Of a DNA stretch of 64,000 nucleotides, positions 12,313-22,016 are shown piece after piece. Made by a program: the position numbers and the translations under genes. How positions within the stretch are numbered: the first letter of the stretch is position 1; each line of letters begins with the position of its first letter. Source of the DNA: an uncultured Gemmatimonadales bacterium (GTDB taxonomy: Bacteria; Gemmatimonadota; Gemmatimonadetes; Gemmatimonadales; GWC2-71-9); the NCBI GenBank assembly GCA_963812755.1, contig CAWEWK010000005.1, positions 498,432 through 562,431 on the forward strand, written 5' to 3'. Under the pieces are notes generated by a model. It saw nothing but the letters and a program-made list of their open reading frames with translations, searched no databases and was not told the origin of the DNA.

Positions 12313-14418
12313 ATGCCGATCGTCTTGACCTCGAGCGTCATCGATCGGGCGCTCCGCTTCAGCGCGTCCGCTCACCGGGGTCAAAAGCGCATGTCGGGCG
12401 AGGATTTCATCTCCCACAGCATCGCGGTGGCCCTGATTCTGGCGGAACAGCTCCTGGACACGGCGACCATTTCAGCGGCGCTGCTGCACGACGTGGTAGA
12501 AGACTCCGACGTCCGGACCGAGGACATCGCCCGGGAGTTCGGAAGCGAGATCGCCGGGATCGTGGACGGTCTCACCAAGATTTCCAGCCTCACCTTCCGC
12601 TCCTCGGCGGAAGAGCAGGTGGAGAACTACCGGAAGCTGCTGCTCTCGATCGCCAAGGATGCGCGGGTCATCATCATCAAGCTGGGCGACCGGCTGCACA
12701 ACATGCGGACCCTGGAGCACCTTCCCGCCGAGCGGCGGAGTCGGATCGCGCTGGAGACCCGCGAAATCTACGCGCCGCTGGCACACCGGTTCGGCATGGC
12801 CGGCATCAAGGCCGAGCTGGAAGATCTCGCCTTCAAGTTCCTGGAGCCCGACGATTATCGGGACCTGGTGGCGCAGGTCGCGTCCAAGCGGGCGGCCCGG
12901 GAGCAGCAGATTCTCAAGCTCCGCACCCCGCTGGAGTACGAATTGCGCCGGGCCGAAATCGAGTGGTTCGAGGTCACCGGCCGGCCCAAGCATCTGTGGT
13001 CGATCTTCCAGAAGATGCGGAAGCGGAACAAGGGGTTCGACGAGATCTATGACCTGATGGCGGTACGGGTAATCGTCCGCAGCGTGCCGGACTGCTACCA
13101 CGTCCTGGGCATCATCCACCACAACTGGACCCCGATCCAGGAGCGGATCAAGGACTACATCGCCAGCCCCAAGTCGAACGCCTATCAGTCGCTGCACACC
13201 ACGATCTTCGGGCCCGGGGGCCAACTGTTCGAAGTGCAGATCCGCACTCAGGAGATGCACCGCACTGCCGAGTTCGGTATCGCGGCGCACTGGCTCTACA
13301 AGCGGGACGGCAAGCCGGACGAGCTGGACCAGCACTTAGGCTGGTTCCGGCAGCTGATCGAGCTCCAGCAGGACACCCACAGTCCCGAGGAGTTCCTCGA
13401 GTTCCTGAAGGTAGACCTGTACCAGGACGAGATCTTCGTCTTCACGCCGCAAGGCGACGTGAAGCGGCTGCCCAAGGGTTCCACCCCGATCGATTTCGCC
13501 TTCCACGTGCACACCGAGGTGGGCTTCAAGTGTCAGGGCGCCAAGATCAACGGGAGGATCGCGCCGCTGCACCGGGAGCTCAAGAGCGGCGACACGATCG
13601 AGATCCTCACCAGCGCCGCCGCCCGCCCCAGCCGCGATTGGCTGAGCCACGTGCGCACCGCCCGCGCCCGGCAGAAGATCAAGCAGTGGGTGAACCACGA
13701 AGAGGAAAAGGTCAGCCTCACGCTGGGCAAGGAAATCCTCGCCCGCGAGCTGCGGCGCCGGCGGCTCGAGGCGCCCGACGACGACCGTCTGGCCAAGGCG
13801 GCGGAGACGCTCTCGCTGGCGGATGGCCGAGGACTGGAGATCGCCGTGGGCCGGGGCGACGTCGCCATCGGCCAGGTGATCCGCGCCTTATACCCCGAGC
13901 TTCCCACCGACGAGATCCAGGAGCCCAAGCCCACGGTGTTCGGGCGGGTCATCGACCGGATCCGGTTGGGCCGTGGGATCAAGATCCAGGGCGTGGATGG
14001 ACTGATGGTCCGCTACGCCCAATGTTGCCAGCCGGTGCCGGGGGACTCGGTGGTCGGCTACGTGACCCAGGGCCGCGGCATTTCCATTCACCGAGCCGAT
14101 TGTCCCAATCTGCTCATGCTCTCCGCCGATGGGCGGCGGGTGGACATCGACTGGCAGGAAACGGCGGGGGAGGCGTTCGCCGTGCGGCTGGCCGTTACCG
14201 GTGAGGACCGGCGCGGGCTGTACGCCGATATCATGGAAGCGATCAGCCAGACCGGGACCAATATCCGGGGGGCCGATCTGCACACCAAGGATGGCACGGT
14301 GTTCGGAACCATCTTCGTGGAGGTGGACAACCTGCCCCACCTGGCCAAGGTGCTGAAGGCAGTCCGCCGGGTGAAGGGTGTAACCGAGATCGAACGGCGG
14401 GAGGCGCCGGCCGTATAG
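12313..14418 (+). CDS. rel: bifunctional (p)ppGpp synthetase/hydrolase Rel/SpoT
   Basis: HD hydrolase motifs (HRGQKR, HDVVEDS), a synthetase region (YIASPKSNAYQSLHTTI), and TGS and ACT-like C-terminal parts. Confidence 0.95.
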   Translation: MPIVLTSSVIDRALRFSASAHRGQKRMSGEDFISHSIAVALILAEQLLDTATISAALLHDVVEDSDVRTEDIAREFGSEIAGIVDGLTKISSLTFRSSAEEQVENYRKLLLSIAKDARVIIIKLGDRLHNMRTLEHLPAERRSRIALETREIYAPLAHRFGMAGIKAELEDLAFKFLEPDDYRDLVAQVASKRAAREQQILKLRTPLEYELRRAEIEWFEVTGRPKHLWSIFQKMRKRNKGFDEIYDLMAVRVIVRSVPDCYHVLGIIHHNWTPIQERIKDYIASPKSNAYQSLHTTIFGPGGQLFEVQIRTQEMHRTAEFGIAAHWLYKRDGKPDELDQHLGWFRQLIELQQDTHSPEEFLEFLKVDLYQDEIFVFTPQGDVKRLPKGSTPIDFAFHVHTEVGFKCQGAKINGRIAPLHRELKSGDTIEILTSAAARPSRDWLSHVRTARARQKIKQWVNHEEEKVSLTLGKEILARELRRRRLEAPDDDRLAKAAETLSLADGRGLEIAVGRGDVAIGQVIRALYPELPTDEIQEPKPTVFGRVIDRIRLGRGIKIQGVDGLMVRYAQCCQPVPGDSVVGYVTQGRGISIHRADCPNLLMLSADGRRVDIDWQETAGEAFAVRLAVTGEDRRGLYADIMEAISQTGTNIRGADLHTKDGTVFGTIFVEVDNLPHLAKVLKAVRRVKGVTEIERREAPAV

Positions 14419-14516
14419 TCGGGTGACGGCGATCACATCCCTCGCCAGATGTCGACGCAATGTTCCACGCGATCCAGAACAGCCACTTCCCGCAGTGTCT
14501 CACTTAGAGGCTTCTC

Positions 14517-15104
14517 ATGCCCTCCATTCTCGATGCCCTGAGCGCCCGCCTCGATGAGCGTGCGCTGTCGCAGTTGAGCACCCGTCTGGGAACGGATGAA
14601 GGCAACACCAGCAAGGCCATCGCCGCAGCAGTGCCGCTGTTGCTGGGCGCGCTGGCCCAGAATGCCAGCCAGGGCGACGGCGCCGAGCGGCTGCATCAGG
14701 CGCTGCAACGCGATCATGACGGCAGTGCGCTCGACAATCCCGCAGTCATCGGTGATGAGGCCCGGCTCCGCGACGGCGACGCCATATTGGGTCATATTCT
14801 GGGTGACCGACGGTCGATCGCCGAACAGGGAGTTTCTCGAGCGTCCGGTCTCGACCTCTCCAAGGTGGGGCCATTGCTGGCGATGCTCGCCCCGCTGGTG
14901 ATGGGCGCGCTGGGTCGGGCTCGTACCGAGCGAGGCCTTGATCCGGATGGGCTCGGCCGAGTACTCGGGGAGGAGCGGAACGAGCTCGGCGCCCGGGCCC
15001 CCGGCGTGCTCGGGGCGGTCGGACGGCTGCTCGACCGCAACAATGACGGTTCGGTGCTCGACGATGTCGGCGGCCTGCTGGGCGGGCTGTTCGGCCGCCG
15101 CTGA
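14517..15104 (+). CDS. DUF937-like protein
   Basis: Gly/Leu-rich protein with DUF937-style segments (AAAVPLLLGALAQN, ILGHILG, LLAMLAPLVMGALG, DDVGGLLGGLFG). Confidence 0.65.
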   Translation: MPSILDALSARLDERALSQLSTRLGTDEGNTSKAIAAAVPLLLGALAQNASQGDGAERLHQALQRDHDGSALDNPAVIGDEARLRDGDAILGHILGDRRSIAEQGVSRASGLDLSKVGPLLAMLAPLVMGALGRARTERGLDPDGLGRVLGEERNELGARAPGVLGAVGRLLDRNNDGSVLDDVGGLLGGLFGRR

Positions 15105-15139
15105 CCGCCCTCGAACTTCTACTTCTACCGGAGCGACTC

Positions 15140-15388
15140 ATGCCGGATCCCAAGACACCCAAAGCCGACTTTTCCGATGTGGAGAGCGGCAGCTCTTCGA
15201 CTGCGCCACCGCCCCAGACAACCGACCAGACCTATACCGTGGTGAAGGGCGACAGCCTCTCGAAGATCGCCAAGCGGTTCTATGGCGATGCCCAGCAGTG
15301 GCGCAAGATCTACGAAGCCAATAAAGACCAGATCAAGAACCCCGATCTCATTTACCCCGGCCAGACCTTCAAGATTCCTAGCGCCTGA
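15140..15388 (+). CDS. small LysM domain protein
   Basis: YTVVKGDSLSKIAKRFYGD...IYPGQTFKIP is a canonical LysM. GGAG lies upstream of the ATG. Confidence 0.8.
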   Translation: MPDPKTPKADFSDVESGSSSTAPPPQTTDQTYTVVKGDSLSKIAKRFYGDAQQWRKIYEANKDQIKNPDLIYPGQTFKIPSA

Positions 15389-15409
15389 GCCGCTTCGAGG
15401 AGAACTTCC

Positions 15410-15871
15410 ATGCACGCGCACGGACGCAGATTCTTCACTCTGGCATTCGGTCTGACCGCGATCACGCTGGCGGGCTGCAAGAAGGAAGCGCCGGCGCCCC
15501 AGGGAGAGACCGGCGCAGCCGCCCCGGCTCCGGCTCCTCCGGAGTTCAGCGTCAGCGGAGTAGAGGTGGGTAAGCAGATCGGCGCCGATAAGCGGATCAC
15601 GTCGCCCACCACGAGCTTTGCACCGAAGGATACGATCTACGCTGTGGTAGCGACCGAAGGCGCCGCGCCGAGCAAGACCATCGTCGCGAAGTGGACTTTC
15701 CAGGATGGCCAGGTCGTCAAGGAGGCCACGGAAACCATCGCGCCGACCGGGCCGGCCGCCACCGAATTTCACATCGCCAAACCCAGCGGTTGGCCGGTCG
15801 GGAAATACAAGGTCGAGATCGTCGTCGATGGTAGCCCTGCGGGGAGTAAGGACTTCGAAGTCAAGAAATAA
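15410..15871 (+). CDS. small lipoprotein, paralogue family member
   Basis: GAGGAG RBS and lipobox LAGC. The C-terminal domain aligns with the 8549 and 15886 products (GWPVGKYKVEI, KDFEVKK). Confidence 0.7.
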   Translation: MHAHGRRFFTLAFGLTAITLAGCKKEAPAPQGETGAAAPAPAPPEFSVSGVEVGKQIGADKRITSPTTSFAPKDTIYAVVATEGAAPSKTIVAKWTFQDGQVVKEATETIAPTGPAATEFHIAKPSGWPVGKYKVEIVVDGSPAGSKDFEVKK

Positions 15872-15885
15872 ACCGGGGAGGTGGT

Positions 15886-16371
15886 ATGGTCGAGGTGAAC
15901 GGACGCCTGCTGTCACTCATACTCGTCATGTCGGCGGCGGTCGGCTGTGGGGGCAGCGAGGCGTCTCGAGCGAGGGCCGCCGCAGACTCAGCGGCGGCGG
16001 CGGACAGCGCGGCCTCTGCCAAGCCGGCGCTTGCGCCGGGCGAGATGCGGGTCACCATGGTCATGATCGGCAAGAAATTGGGGGACAAGAACCTGATTAT
16101 CGAGCCGACCTTCCAATTCGCCCCGGCCGATACGGTGTTCCTCTCGGTCGGCACCGAGGGAACTCCGGCGAGCGCCAAACTCGGCACCAAGTGGGTGTCG
16201 CAAAAGGGTCAGGTGCTGGACTCCTCGGAGCAGGAGATTCACCCCAAGGGACCGGAAAATACGGCTTTCAGGGTCGCTCAGCCCAAGGGCTGGCCGGTCG
16301 GAGTGTACAAGGTGACGATCTTCGCCGACGGCGACTCGGTCGACACCAAGACCTTCGCGGTGAAGAAGTAG
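15886..16371 (+). CDS. small lipoprotein, paralogue family member
   Basis: GGAGG RBS and a signal ending in AVGC. The C-terminal domain is closest to the 8549 product (IIEPTFQF, FLSVGTEG, GWPVGVYKVTI, KTFAVKK). Confidence 0.7.
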   Translation: MVEVNGRLLSLILVMSAAVGCGGSEASRARAAADSAAAADSAASAKPALAPGEMRVTMVMIGKKLGDKNLIIEPTFQFAPADTVFLSVGTEGTPASAKLGTKWVSQKGQVLDSSEQEIHPKGPENTAFRVAQPKGWPVGVYKVTIFADGDSVDTKTFAVKK

Positions 16372-16377
16372 GTCGCC

Positions 16378-16794
16378 GTGCCCAATCGCTGGGTGCTCAA
16401 GACCGACGCCGACAGCTACACCTTCGATCAATTGGTGCGGGACACGCGCACGGTCTGGGATGGGGTGCGCAATGCCGTCGCGCTCAAGAACATTCGCAGT
16501 ATGGTCGAGGGAGACCAGGTCCTGATCTATCATTCGGGAGATGAGAAGGCGCTGGTCGGCTTGGCCCGAGTGGCCAGCGCCCCGTATCCCGACCCGAAAG
16601 ATCCCACGCTCACGGTAGTCGACATCGAAGCAGGCCCGCGGCTTCCTCAGACGGTGACCCTGGCCGCCATCAAGGCGGATCCCGCTTTCGCCGAGCTGCC
16701 GTTGGTACGGCAGCCTCGGCTGTCGGTGGGTCCGGTGCCCCCCGCACAATGGAATCGGTTGCTGGACTTGGCCGGAGTACATCAGCGGGCGTAG
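16378..16794 (+). CDS. EVE (PUA-like) domain protein
   Basis: GTG start. RWVLKTDADSYTFDQL...VWDGVRNAVALKNIRSMVEGDQVLIYHSG is typical of EVE/DUF55. Confidence 0.75.
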   Translation: MPNRWVLKTDADSYTFDQLVRDTRTVWDGVRNAVALKNIRSMVEGDQVLIYHSGDEKALVGLARVASAPYPDPKDPTLTVVDIEAGPRLPQTVTLAAIKADPAFAELPLVRQPRLSVGPVPPAQWNRLLDLAGVHQRA

Positions 16795-16804
16795 CTCCAA
16801 CCGA

Positions 16805-18181
16805 TCAGCTCGAAAAGCCGATCCCCAACCGATCCAGCAACCGAAGCAACAGACCCGCTTCTTCTCCTCTGTCCGTTCTTCGCAACGCGGCCGTCACTGT
16901 GCCCACCGCCCAGGAGCGCAGCGGCTCGGGCGGGTAGGGAAACGGCTTCCGTCGCACCAGGGAGAGATCCAGGAGCTCGCTGGGCCGCTCGAGCGTAAGG
17001 TGGGCGAGGATTCGGCCGGCCAGACGGGTGGTGCCCAGGCCGTGCCCGGTGTAGCCCAGCCCATACAGCACCTTGCCGCCATGCGCCGAACCGAAGAACG
17101 GGGTGAGCCGGGTGGTGGAACAGATCGGCCCGCCCCACGCATAGGGAAATTCGAGGTCGGCGATCACGGGAAAGTGGCGCTGGAAGCTTTCCTTGAGCGC
17201 GGAGAAGTGCGGTGCCGAGTAATCGCAGCTGGGATCGACCCGGTTACCGCTGTAGTAGGCGGCCTCGCTGGTTCCCCATAACAGCCGGTCATCCCTGGTG
17301 AGTCGGTAGTAGTTGAAGAAGGTGCGTCCGTCGGTCACTCCCTGGCGCCGGGACCACCCGATGGCTTGACGCTGCGCCGGAGTGAGCGGGTCACTGACCA
17401 GGATGTAGTCGTAGAGCGGAATGAACCGGTGGATCACCTGTGGCAGGAGATGGTGGGTGTAGGCGCTGGTTGCCAGCACCACGCGTCCCGCGTCCACCCG
17501 GCCGGCCGTGGTGCGGAGGCGGATCACCGATCCCACCGTTTCTATCGACTCCACCCCGCTCCGCTGATAGACCGTCACACCCAAGCGCTCCGCTTCGGCC
17601 AGCAGCCCATCCACCAGCGTCACCGGATCGAGGATTCCTCCTCGGGCGACCCGCATCCCGCCGAGATAGAGCGGCGAATCGAGTTCGGCGCGGACCTGGT
17701 CGCGATCCAGCAGCTCGAAGCCGTCCAGCCCGAGCCGGCGGGCAACGTCGACGTTGCGCCGCGCTTCCTCCAGGTGTCCCGGGGTGAGGGCGACCACGAG
17801 CCGTCCGGTGGGTTCGTAGTCGCAGGAGACCCCGCGCTGTTGCAGAAACCTCAACATCTCGGCGACGTTGGCTTCGCCCAGTCGGGCCAGCCGGCGGGCT
17901 TCCTGTTCGCCGAAGTGGCGGATGGCCAGGCCATGGCCGTGATCGATGGTCTCCGAGAGGATCCCGGCGTTGCGTCCGCTGGCGCCGTAAGCGGCGACGT
18001 CCTTCTCCACCACGGCGATCTCGAGGCCGGGTGCCAGCTCCCGAAGAAAGAGCGCGGTCCAGAGCCCGGTCAGCCCGGCGCCAACCACGGCGACGTCTGC
18101 CGTTCTCGTTCCCTCGAGCCGAAGCGGTTCGCGCGCCGGGCGCCGGGCCAGCCAGTAGCAGGTCTGTTCGATAGAGCTCAT
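16805..18181 (-). CDS. FAD-dependent oxidoreductase (DAO family)
   Basis: The dinucleotide fold DVAVVGAGLTGLWTALFL...SGRNAG is present and the length fits amine/gamma-glutamylputrescine oxidase-like enzymes. Confidence 0.85.
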   Translation of the reverse strand: MSSIEQTCYWLARRPAREPLRLEGTRTADVAVVGAGLTGLWTALFLRELAPGLEIAVVEKDVAAYGASGRNAGILSETIDHGHGLAIRHFGEQEARRLARLGEANVAEMLRFLQQRGVSCDYEPTGRLVVALTPGHLEEARRNVDVARRLGLDGFELLDRDQVRAELDSPLYLGGMRVARGGILDPVTLVDGLLAEAERLGVTVYQRSGVESIETVGSVIRLRTTAGRVDAGRVVLATSAYTHHLLPQVIHRFIPLYDYILVSDPLTPAQRQAIGWSRRQGVTDGRTFFNYYRLTRDDRLLWGTSEAAYYSGNRVDPSCDYSAPHFSALKESFQRHFPVIADLEFPYAWGGPICSTTRLTPFFGSAHGGKVLYGLGYTGHGLGTTRLAGRILAHLTLERPSELLDLSLVRRKPFPYPPEPLRSWAVGTVTAALRRTDRGEEAGLLLRLLDRLGIGFSS

Positions 18182-18190
18182 GAGGGGAAA

Positions 18191-18289
18191 GTAGCTATCG
18201 GCTATCCGCTATCGGCTGCTCATTGGGTGGGCTGGCCTCCGTGCGTAAGGGCCTAGTAGCGGATAGCCGATAGCCGATAGCCGATAGCG
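18191..18289. repeat. inverted heptamer-array repeat, copy A
   Basis: Left arm GTAGCTATCGGCTATCCGCTATCGGCTGC, right arm GTAGCGGATAGCCGATAGCCGATAGCCGATAGCG. 18194-18211 pairs perfectly (18 bp) with 18257-18274. Confidence 0.9.
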
Positions 18290-18331
18290 TTATCCCGAAC
18301 AAACCCCGGCAGAGTGATTATATTCTTACCT

Positions 18332-20377
18332 ATGCCCAGCCCCCGATTCGAGGTCGTTGCCCCCTTCCAGCCGGCCGGCGACCAGCCCAAAGCCATCCGC
18401 GAGCTGACCGAGGGTCTCCGCCGGGGCGACCGCTACCAGACGCTGCTCGGCGTCACCGGGTCGGGGAAGACCATGACCCTGGCTCACACCATCGCCGCGC
18501 ACGGCCGGCCCACGCTGGTGCTGTCGCACAACAAGACCCTCGCGGCTCAGCTCTACGGCGAGTTGCGCCAGTTCCTCCCCCGCAACGCGGTCGAATACTT
18601 CGTCTCCTACTACGACTACTACCAGCCCGAGGCCTACGTCCCCTCCACCGACGTCTACATCGAGAAGGACGCGTCGATCAATCAGGACATCGAGAGCCTG
18701 CGACTGCGCGCTACGTCCAGCCTCATGGAACGGGAAGACGTCGTCATCGTCGCCACCGTCAGCGCCATCTACGGCCTGGGCGACCCGGTAGAGTATCGCC
18801 GGCTGATGGTCACCGTGCATCGGGGCGAGCAGCGGGGGCGCGACGCCATTCTCAGCGAGCTGGTCCGCATCCAGTACGGCCGCAATGACGTTGCCTTCGA
18901 GCAGGGCACCTTCCGGGTCCGGGGTGACTCGATCGAGATCTTCCCGGCCTACGCCGAACAGGCCATCCGGATCGAGTTGTGGGGCGACGAGGTGGAACGG
19001 ATCAGCAAGATCAACCCCCTCACCGGCGAGACCATCGCCCAGCTGGAGCAGTGCGCCATCTATCCCGCGCGGCATTTCGTCACCGAGCGGGCCAAGATCG
19101 AGCGCGCGGTCCGGGCCATCCGGGCCGAGCTGGCGGAGCGGCTGACCGAGCTGAGGAGCGCGGGAAAGCTGTTGGAGGCGCAACGACTCGAGTCCCGCAC
19201 CGGCTTCGACGTGGAGATGCTGCTCGAGGTCGGCACCTGTGCCGGGATCGAGAACTATTCCCGGCACCTGAGCGGCCGCCAGGCGGGAGAGCGCCCCGCC
19301 TGCCTCATCGACTACTTCCCGCCCGATTTTCTGGTGGTCGCCGACGAGTCCCACGTCACCCTGCCCCAGGTCGGCGGGATGTACAACGGCGACCGGGCCC
19401 GCAAGCTGACACTGGTGGAGTATGGCTTCCGGCTCCCATCGGCACTGGATAACCGGCCGCTCCAGTTCGACGAGTTCATGTCCCTGGTGCCGCAGATGGT
19501 CAACCTGTCGGCCACGCCCGGCGACTACGAGCTGAGGCTCTCACAGGGTGCGGTGGTCGAGCAGATCATCCGGCCCACCGGGTTGGTGGATCCCGAGGTG
19601 GACGTGCGGCCGGTGAGGGGACAGGTCGACGATCTCCTCAACGAGATCCGGGTGCGCGAGGCGCGGGGAGAACGGGTCCTGGTGACTACGCTGACCAAGC
19701 GCATGTCGGAAGACCTGACCGACTACCTCCAGCAGGCCGGCGTCCGGGTCCGCTATCTCCATTCCGACATCGACGCCATCGAGCGGATGGAGATTCTTCG
19801 CGGGCTCCGGCTGGGTGACTTCGACGTGCTGGTGGGCATCAACCTGCTGCGGGAAGGTCTCGATCTGCCCGAGGTCTCGCTGGTAGCCATCCTGGATGCC
19901 GATCAGGAAGGCTTTCTGCGATCCGACCGCTCCCTGGTCCAGACCATCGGGCGCGCGGCCCGGAACCTCAACGGCCGGGCAATCCTCTACGCCGATCGGA
20001 TGACCGGCTCGATGCAGCGCGCGCTCGACGAGATGACCCGGCGACGCCAGATTCAGCAGCGATATAACGAGGAACACGGCATCACGCCGCGTTCCATCGT
20101 GAAGTCGATGGAAGAGGTGCGGCTCTCGACCCACGTGGCCGACGCCCGCACCGAGCGACCCGAACCCAAGATGGCAGTGCAGGAACGGGTTGACCTGCGC
20201 GATCCGACCAAGCGAGCCGCGGCGATCCAGGCGCTGGAGCGGCAGATGCGGGAGGCGGCGGCAAATCTGGAGTTCGAGCTGGCAGCGATGCTGCGCGATC
20301 AGGTGAACGAGCTCAAGGCCTACTCGGCGCCTGAGGTGCGCCGGGGGTCTCCGGCGCGGGTCAGGCGGCGGGCATGA
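18332..20377 (+). CDS. uvrB: excinuclease ABC subunit UvrB
   Basis: [22 protein letters not shown], Walker A GVTGSGKT, helicase motifs and a C-terminal UVR domain. ATG 18332 is preferred over GTG 18314. Confidence 0.97.
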   Translation: MPSPRFEVVAPFQPAGDQPKAIRELTEGLRRGDRYQTLLGVTGSGKTMTLAHTIAAHGRPTLVLSHNKTLAAQLYGELRQFLPRNAVEYFVSYYDYYQPEAYVPSTDVYIEKDASINQDIESLRLRATSSLMEREDVVIVATVSAIYGLGDPVEYRRLMVTVHRGEQRGRDAILSELVRIQYGRNDVAFEQGTFRVRGDSIEIFPAYAEQAIRIELWGDEVERISKINPLTGETIAQLEQCAIYPARHFVTERAKIERAVRAIRAELAERLTELRSAGKLLEAQRLESRTGFDVEMLLEVGTCAGIENYSRHLSGRQAGERPACLIDYFPPDFLVVADESHVTLPQVGGMYNGDRARKLTLVEYGFRLPSALDNRPLQFDEFMSLVPQMVNLSATPGDYELRLSQGAVVEQIIRPTGLVDPEVDVRPVRGQVDDLLNEIRVREARGERVLVTTLTKRMSEDLTDYLQQAGVRVRYLHSDIDAIERMEILRGLRLGDFDVLVGINLLREGLDLPEVSLVAILDADQEGFLRSDRSLVQTIGRAARNLNGRAILYADRMTGSMQRALDEMTRRRQIQQRYNEEHGITPRSIVKSMEEVRLSTHVADARTERPEPKMAVQERVDLRDPTKRAAAIQALERQMREAAANLEFELAAMLRDQVNELKAYSAPEVRRGSPARVRRRA

Positions 20378-20784
20378 TTCGGAGCGTCGGTATCGAGCAA
20401 CTGGAAAAGGAGGGTGAGGCGCTGGGCCGGGCGCTGGAGCCGGGCTCAGTGGTCACCTTCGAGGGGGAGCTCGGAGCGGGGAAGACCACCTTGATCAAGG
20501 CGGTCGCCCGCGGGCTCGGCGTTGCCGGTCCGGCCACCAGCCCAACCTATGCTCTGGTGCACCGATATCAGGGGCGACGCGGTCCGGTGTTCCACCTCGA
20601 CTGCTTTCGCCTCCGCGCGCCCGAAGAGGCCGCCGACCTCGACTGGGAAGGGCTGATCTCGGAGGGCGACGCGATCCTGGTGGAGTGGCCCGAGCGGGCC
20701 GGTCCCTGGCTCCCCAGGGCTCAACGGCGGTTTCGCCTGCACCACGTGACCGACCCCGCCCACCGCGGGCTGGAGTCGCTCTGA
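20374..20784 (+). CDS. tsaE: tRNA t6A biosynthesis ATPase TsaE
   Basis: [19 protein letters not shown] and [14 protein letters not shown] overlap with uvrB. Confidence 0.9.
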   Translation: MIRSVGIEQLEKEGEALGRALEPGSVVTFEGELGAGKTTLIKAVARGLGVAGPATSPTYALVHRYQGRRGPVFHLDCFRLRAPEEAADLDWEGLISEGDAILVEWPERAGPWLPRAQRRFRLHHVTDPAHRGLESL

Positions 20785-21500
20785 TGTGGTTGGCCATGGA
20801 TACGGCCACCAGCCGGGCCTCGGTCGCGCTGGGCCAGTCGACGGCCCAAGCCGCGGAAAGTGAGCTCGAGGGTTCTCGCCGCCACGCCGGCGCGCTCATT
20901 CCGATGATCCAAGACCTGCTCCGGCGGCAGGGCGCGGGCATGGCAGATCTGACCGGGATCGTAGTGAGCGACGGGCCCGGGAGTTTCACCGGCCTTCGGG
21001 TCGGCGCGGCGGTGGCCAAGGGTCTGGTGCACGCGCTCGGTGTGCCGTTGTGGAGGGCCCCATCGCTGCTGGTTCGGGCAGTTGGAGTGGCCAAGGAAGG
21101 ATCCACGGTGCTGGCCCTCGCCGACGCGCTCCGCGGCGAGATCTACGCCGCCGCGTACCAGAGCGCCTCGGACCGTATCGAGTGTCTTCTCGCGCCCTCC
21201 GTCTGGCGGCCCGACGCGCTGGCGGCGACCGGGCTGGAGCCCGATATCCTGGTGGGCGAGGCCCCGCCCGAGGTAACGGCACCGGTTGAGCGTTGGGCCG
21301 GCCGGGTCATGCTGCGGCCACCGGAAGGCGCGCCTCACGCCAGGCACCTGATCGATTTGGTGCGCCGGCCCGGTGGTGCGGTGGAGGTAACGGAGGTTCG
21401 AGATTGGGAGCCGGTCTACGGAAGGCCGGCCGAAGCGCAGGCACGCTGGGAGACGGCGCATGGACGCCCCCTACCGGATCCGATCGGCCACCCTCGGTGA
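20784..21500 (+). CDS. tsaB: tRNA t6A biosynthesis protein TsaB
   Basis: ATG 20784 shares one base with the tsaE TGA. MDTATSRASVALG and GPGSFTGLRVG motifs. Confidence 0.85.
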   Translation: MWLAMDTATSRASVALGQSTAQAAESELEGSRRHAGALIPMIQDLLRRQGAGMADLTGIVVSDGPGSFTGLRVGAAVAKGLVHALGVPLWRAPSLLVRAVGVAKEGSTVLALADALRGEIYAAAYQSASDRIECLLAPSVWRPDALAATGLEPDILVGEAPPEVTAPVERWAGRVMLRPPEGAPHARHLIDLVRRPGGAVEVTEVRDWEPVYGRPAEAQARWETAHGRPLPDPIGHPR

Positions 21501-21918
21501 CGCGGCCGCGATGGTCGCGATCGAGCGGCAATGCTTCGGCGATCCGTGGAGCGAAGCCAGCTTCCGCGAAGCGCTCAGTTCGGCCTGGACCTTCTGTCTG
21601 GTGGCCCAGAATACCCGAGGGATCACCGGCTACCTCGTGGGGCGGGAAGTCGCCGGCACCGGTGAGGTCCTCAATCTCGCGGTGGCAACCGAGTCCCGTC
21701 GCCGCGGGGTAGGTGGCGCGCTGCTGCGTGCCGGGTTAACCGCGCTCCGCCAGCGGAGAGTGGACGAGGTGTTCTTGGAAGTGCGAGAATCGAATCACTC
21801 GGCCCAGGCCCTGTACCTGGCGCACGGCTTCCGACCGGTCGGACAACGATCGGCATACTATCGGAACCCTAAGGAGGACGCGCTGGTCCTTCGATTGGCG
21901 ATGAGGCAGCACGCGTAG
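21460..21918 (+). CDS. rimI: ribosomal-protein-alanine N-acetyltransferase
   Basis: GNAT fold (NLAVATESRRRGVGGALL) in the classic tsaE-tsaB-rimI context. Confidence 0.85.
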   Translation: MDAPYRIRSATLGDAAAMVAIERQCFGDPWSEASFREALSSAWTFCLVAQNTRGITGYLVGREVAGTGEVLNLAVATESRRRGVGGALLRAGLTALRQRRVDEVFLEVRESNHSAQALYLAHGFRPVGQRSAYYRNPKEDALVLRLAMRQHA

Positions 21919-22016
21919 ATTGGCTACAGGGCGCGATACCTTTGGTTGGCGGAATGAGTCGCAGGTCCACATTTTCTGTGGGTCCCCACCGGTGAGCCCA
22001 CGCTAGAATCCTGGAG

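Noticed and set aside
18191-18289. Whether the heptamer arrays could be a CRISPR array or other direct-repeat/spacer structure.
   Set aside because: The repeat unit is only 7 nt and tandem. The two arrays at each site are inverted rather than direct. There is a single non-conserved spacer per site, and no cas genes are in the window.
18314-18331. GTG 18314 as the uvrB start, as listed in the ORF track.
   Set aside because: The added residues (MIIFLP) are not part of the conserved UvrB N-terminus. ATG 18332 gives the usual MPSPRFEV... beginning.
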